Origin: Endomicrobiales bacterium
GTDB lineage: Bacteria; Elusimicrobiota; Endomicrobiia; Endomicrobiales; JALOBY01
Assembly: GCA_963796955.1 (NCBI GenBank)
Contig: CAWCNJ010000003.1
Coordinates: 3,472-67,471 of the forward strand
Reading direction: 5' to 3'
Length of the DNA: 64,000 nt
Shown: piece after piece, positions 63,172-64,000 of the stretch
Layout of the letters: each line of letters begins with the position of its first letter
How positions within the stretch are numbered: the stretch's first letter is position 1
Program-made: the position numbers and the translations under genes
Notes under the pieces: generated by a model
Databases searched by the model: none
What the model saw: only the letters and a program-made list of their open reading frames with translations
What the model was told of the DNA's origin: nothing

Positions 63172-63996
63172 ATGAATATAAAGTATATATATATAGCTTC
63201 TATTCTTGTGCTTCTAACCTCCTGCGCCCGCAGGGAGGCTGTTGTGGTTGCCGGTTCTACCGCTTTCCAACCTTTTGCCGAAGAGATCGCCGAAGAGTAT
63301 ATGCAGAAATATCCCCAGCTTAACATTACCGTTCAGGGCGGGGGATCTTCCGTTGGTATTCAATCGGCTCTTAACGGGGTTGCCCAGATCGGTATGGCCG
63401 ACCTGGTGACCCTGCCGCCGGCTGCATCATCACTGGTTAAGCATGTCGCTGCCAACGATGGTGTTGTCATGGTAGTAAATCCTGTCAACCCGGTCTCCAA
63501 TATCACCACCGAACAGATCCGTCAACTATATCTAGGTAAGATTAATAACTGGAAAGAGCTGGGTGGCATAGATAAACAAATAACCGTTATCTCTCGCGAA
63601 GCCGGCTCAGGCACGCGCTCTTCTTTTGAAGACCTTGTGTTTAAGGGCGGTACCCTGCGCCAGGATGCCATTATAGGAGATTCGAACGGGACCGTGCGCG
63701 AGCAGGTGGCAAATGACCCTAACGCCATCGGGTATATCTCAAACGGTAACGTTAACGATAAAGTTAAGCCGCTTACCCTTGAAGGGATCGCCTGCAGCGT
63801 AGGAGCTATTACCTGCGGAAATTACAAGCTCGTAAGGCCCATCTACCTGCTTACCTTAAGCACGGTGAGCATTCAGACCCAACAATTCCTTGATTATATC
63901 CTCGGCCCCGAGGGCCAGAAGACCATACATGCCGAGGGCTTGATACCGGCGCACCTTTACGATACCAATGAACCAAAACAAAATAAAAAGAATTAA
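63172..63996 (+). CDS. pstS: Second phosphate-binding protein (lipoprotein)
   Basis: Lipobox LLTSC, AGST...P, VQGGGSSVG, SREAGSGTR..F, NAIGYIS, Y.L.RP. Confidence 0.9.
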   Translation: MNIKYIYIASILVLLTSCARREAVVVAGSTAFQPFAEEIAEEYMQKYPQLNITVQGGGSSVGIQSALNGVAQIGMADLVTLPPAASSLVKHVAANDGVVMVVNPVNPVSNITTEQIRQLYLGKINNWKELGGIDKQITVISREAGSGTRSSFEDLVFKGGTLRQDAIIGDSNGTVREQVANDPNAIGYISNGNVNDKVKPLTLEGIACSVGAITCGNYKLVRPIYLLTLSTVSIQTQQFLDYILGPEGQKTIHAEGLIPAHLYDTNEPKQNKKN

Positions 63997-64000
63997 AGAA

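Overview
Bacterial chromosomal window, mostly + strand, from a diderm (porin gene, lipoprotein). The giant gene and gene style suggest an Elusimicrobiota/Omnitrophota-type genome; this is inference only. The left part (1-13.3 kb) is housekeeping: a truncated sensor kinase, tRNA-Ile2, tRNA-Val, zinc-ribbon/RNase HI/RNase P RNA, and the first half of the dcw cluster (mraZ-rsmH-ftsL-ftsI-murE-murF-mraY-murD), which stops abruptly. The remaining ~50 kb is a phosphate/polyphosphate/K+ supercluster: ppx, ppk1, CHAD, HD, ROK kinase, phoBR, porin, pstSCAB-phoU, olsB/olsA-like lipid genes, a second ppk1 with a CYTH protein, DUF134-arsC-acr3, a split KdpD with kdpE-kdpABC-ptsN, and a second pstS. In its middle is one ~18.2-kb giant gene (30123-48320, ~6,065 aa once two compensating homopolymer indels are repaired). 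It has an EreA/ChaN/TIKI-like N-terminal module, TM helices, a beta-barrel-like segment, two large internal tandem duplications and degenerate sugar-enzyme-like domains. Pho-box-like 11-bp-phased arrays flank it on both sides. Several frameshifts (porin, pstS, pstC, giant gene, kdpC) look like long-read indel errors.
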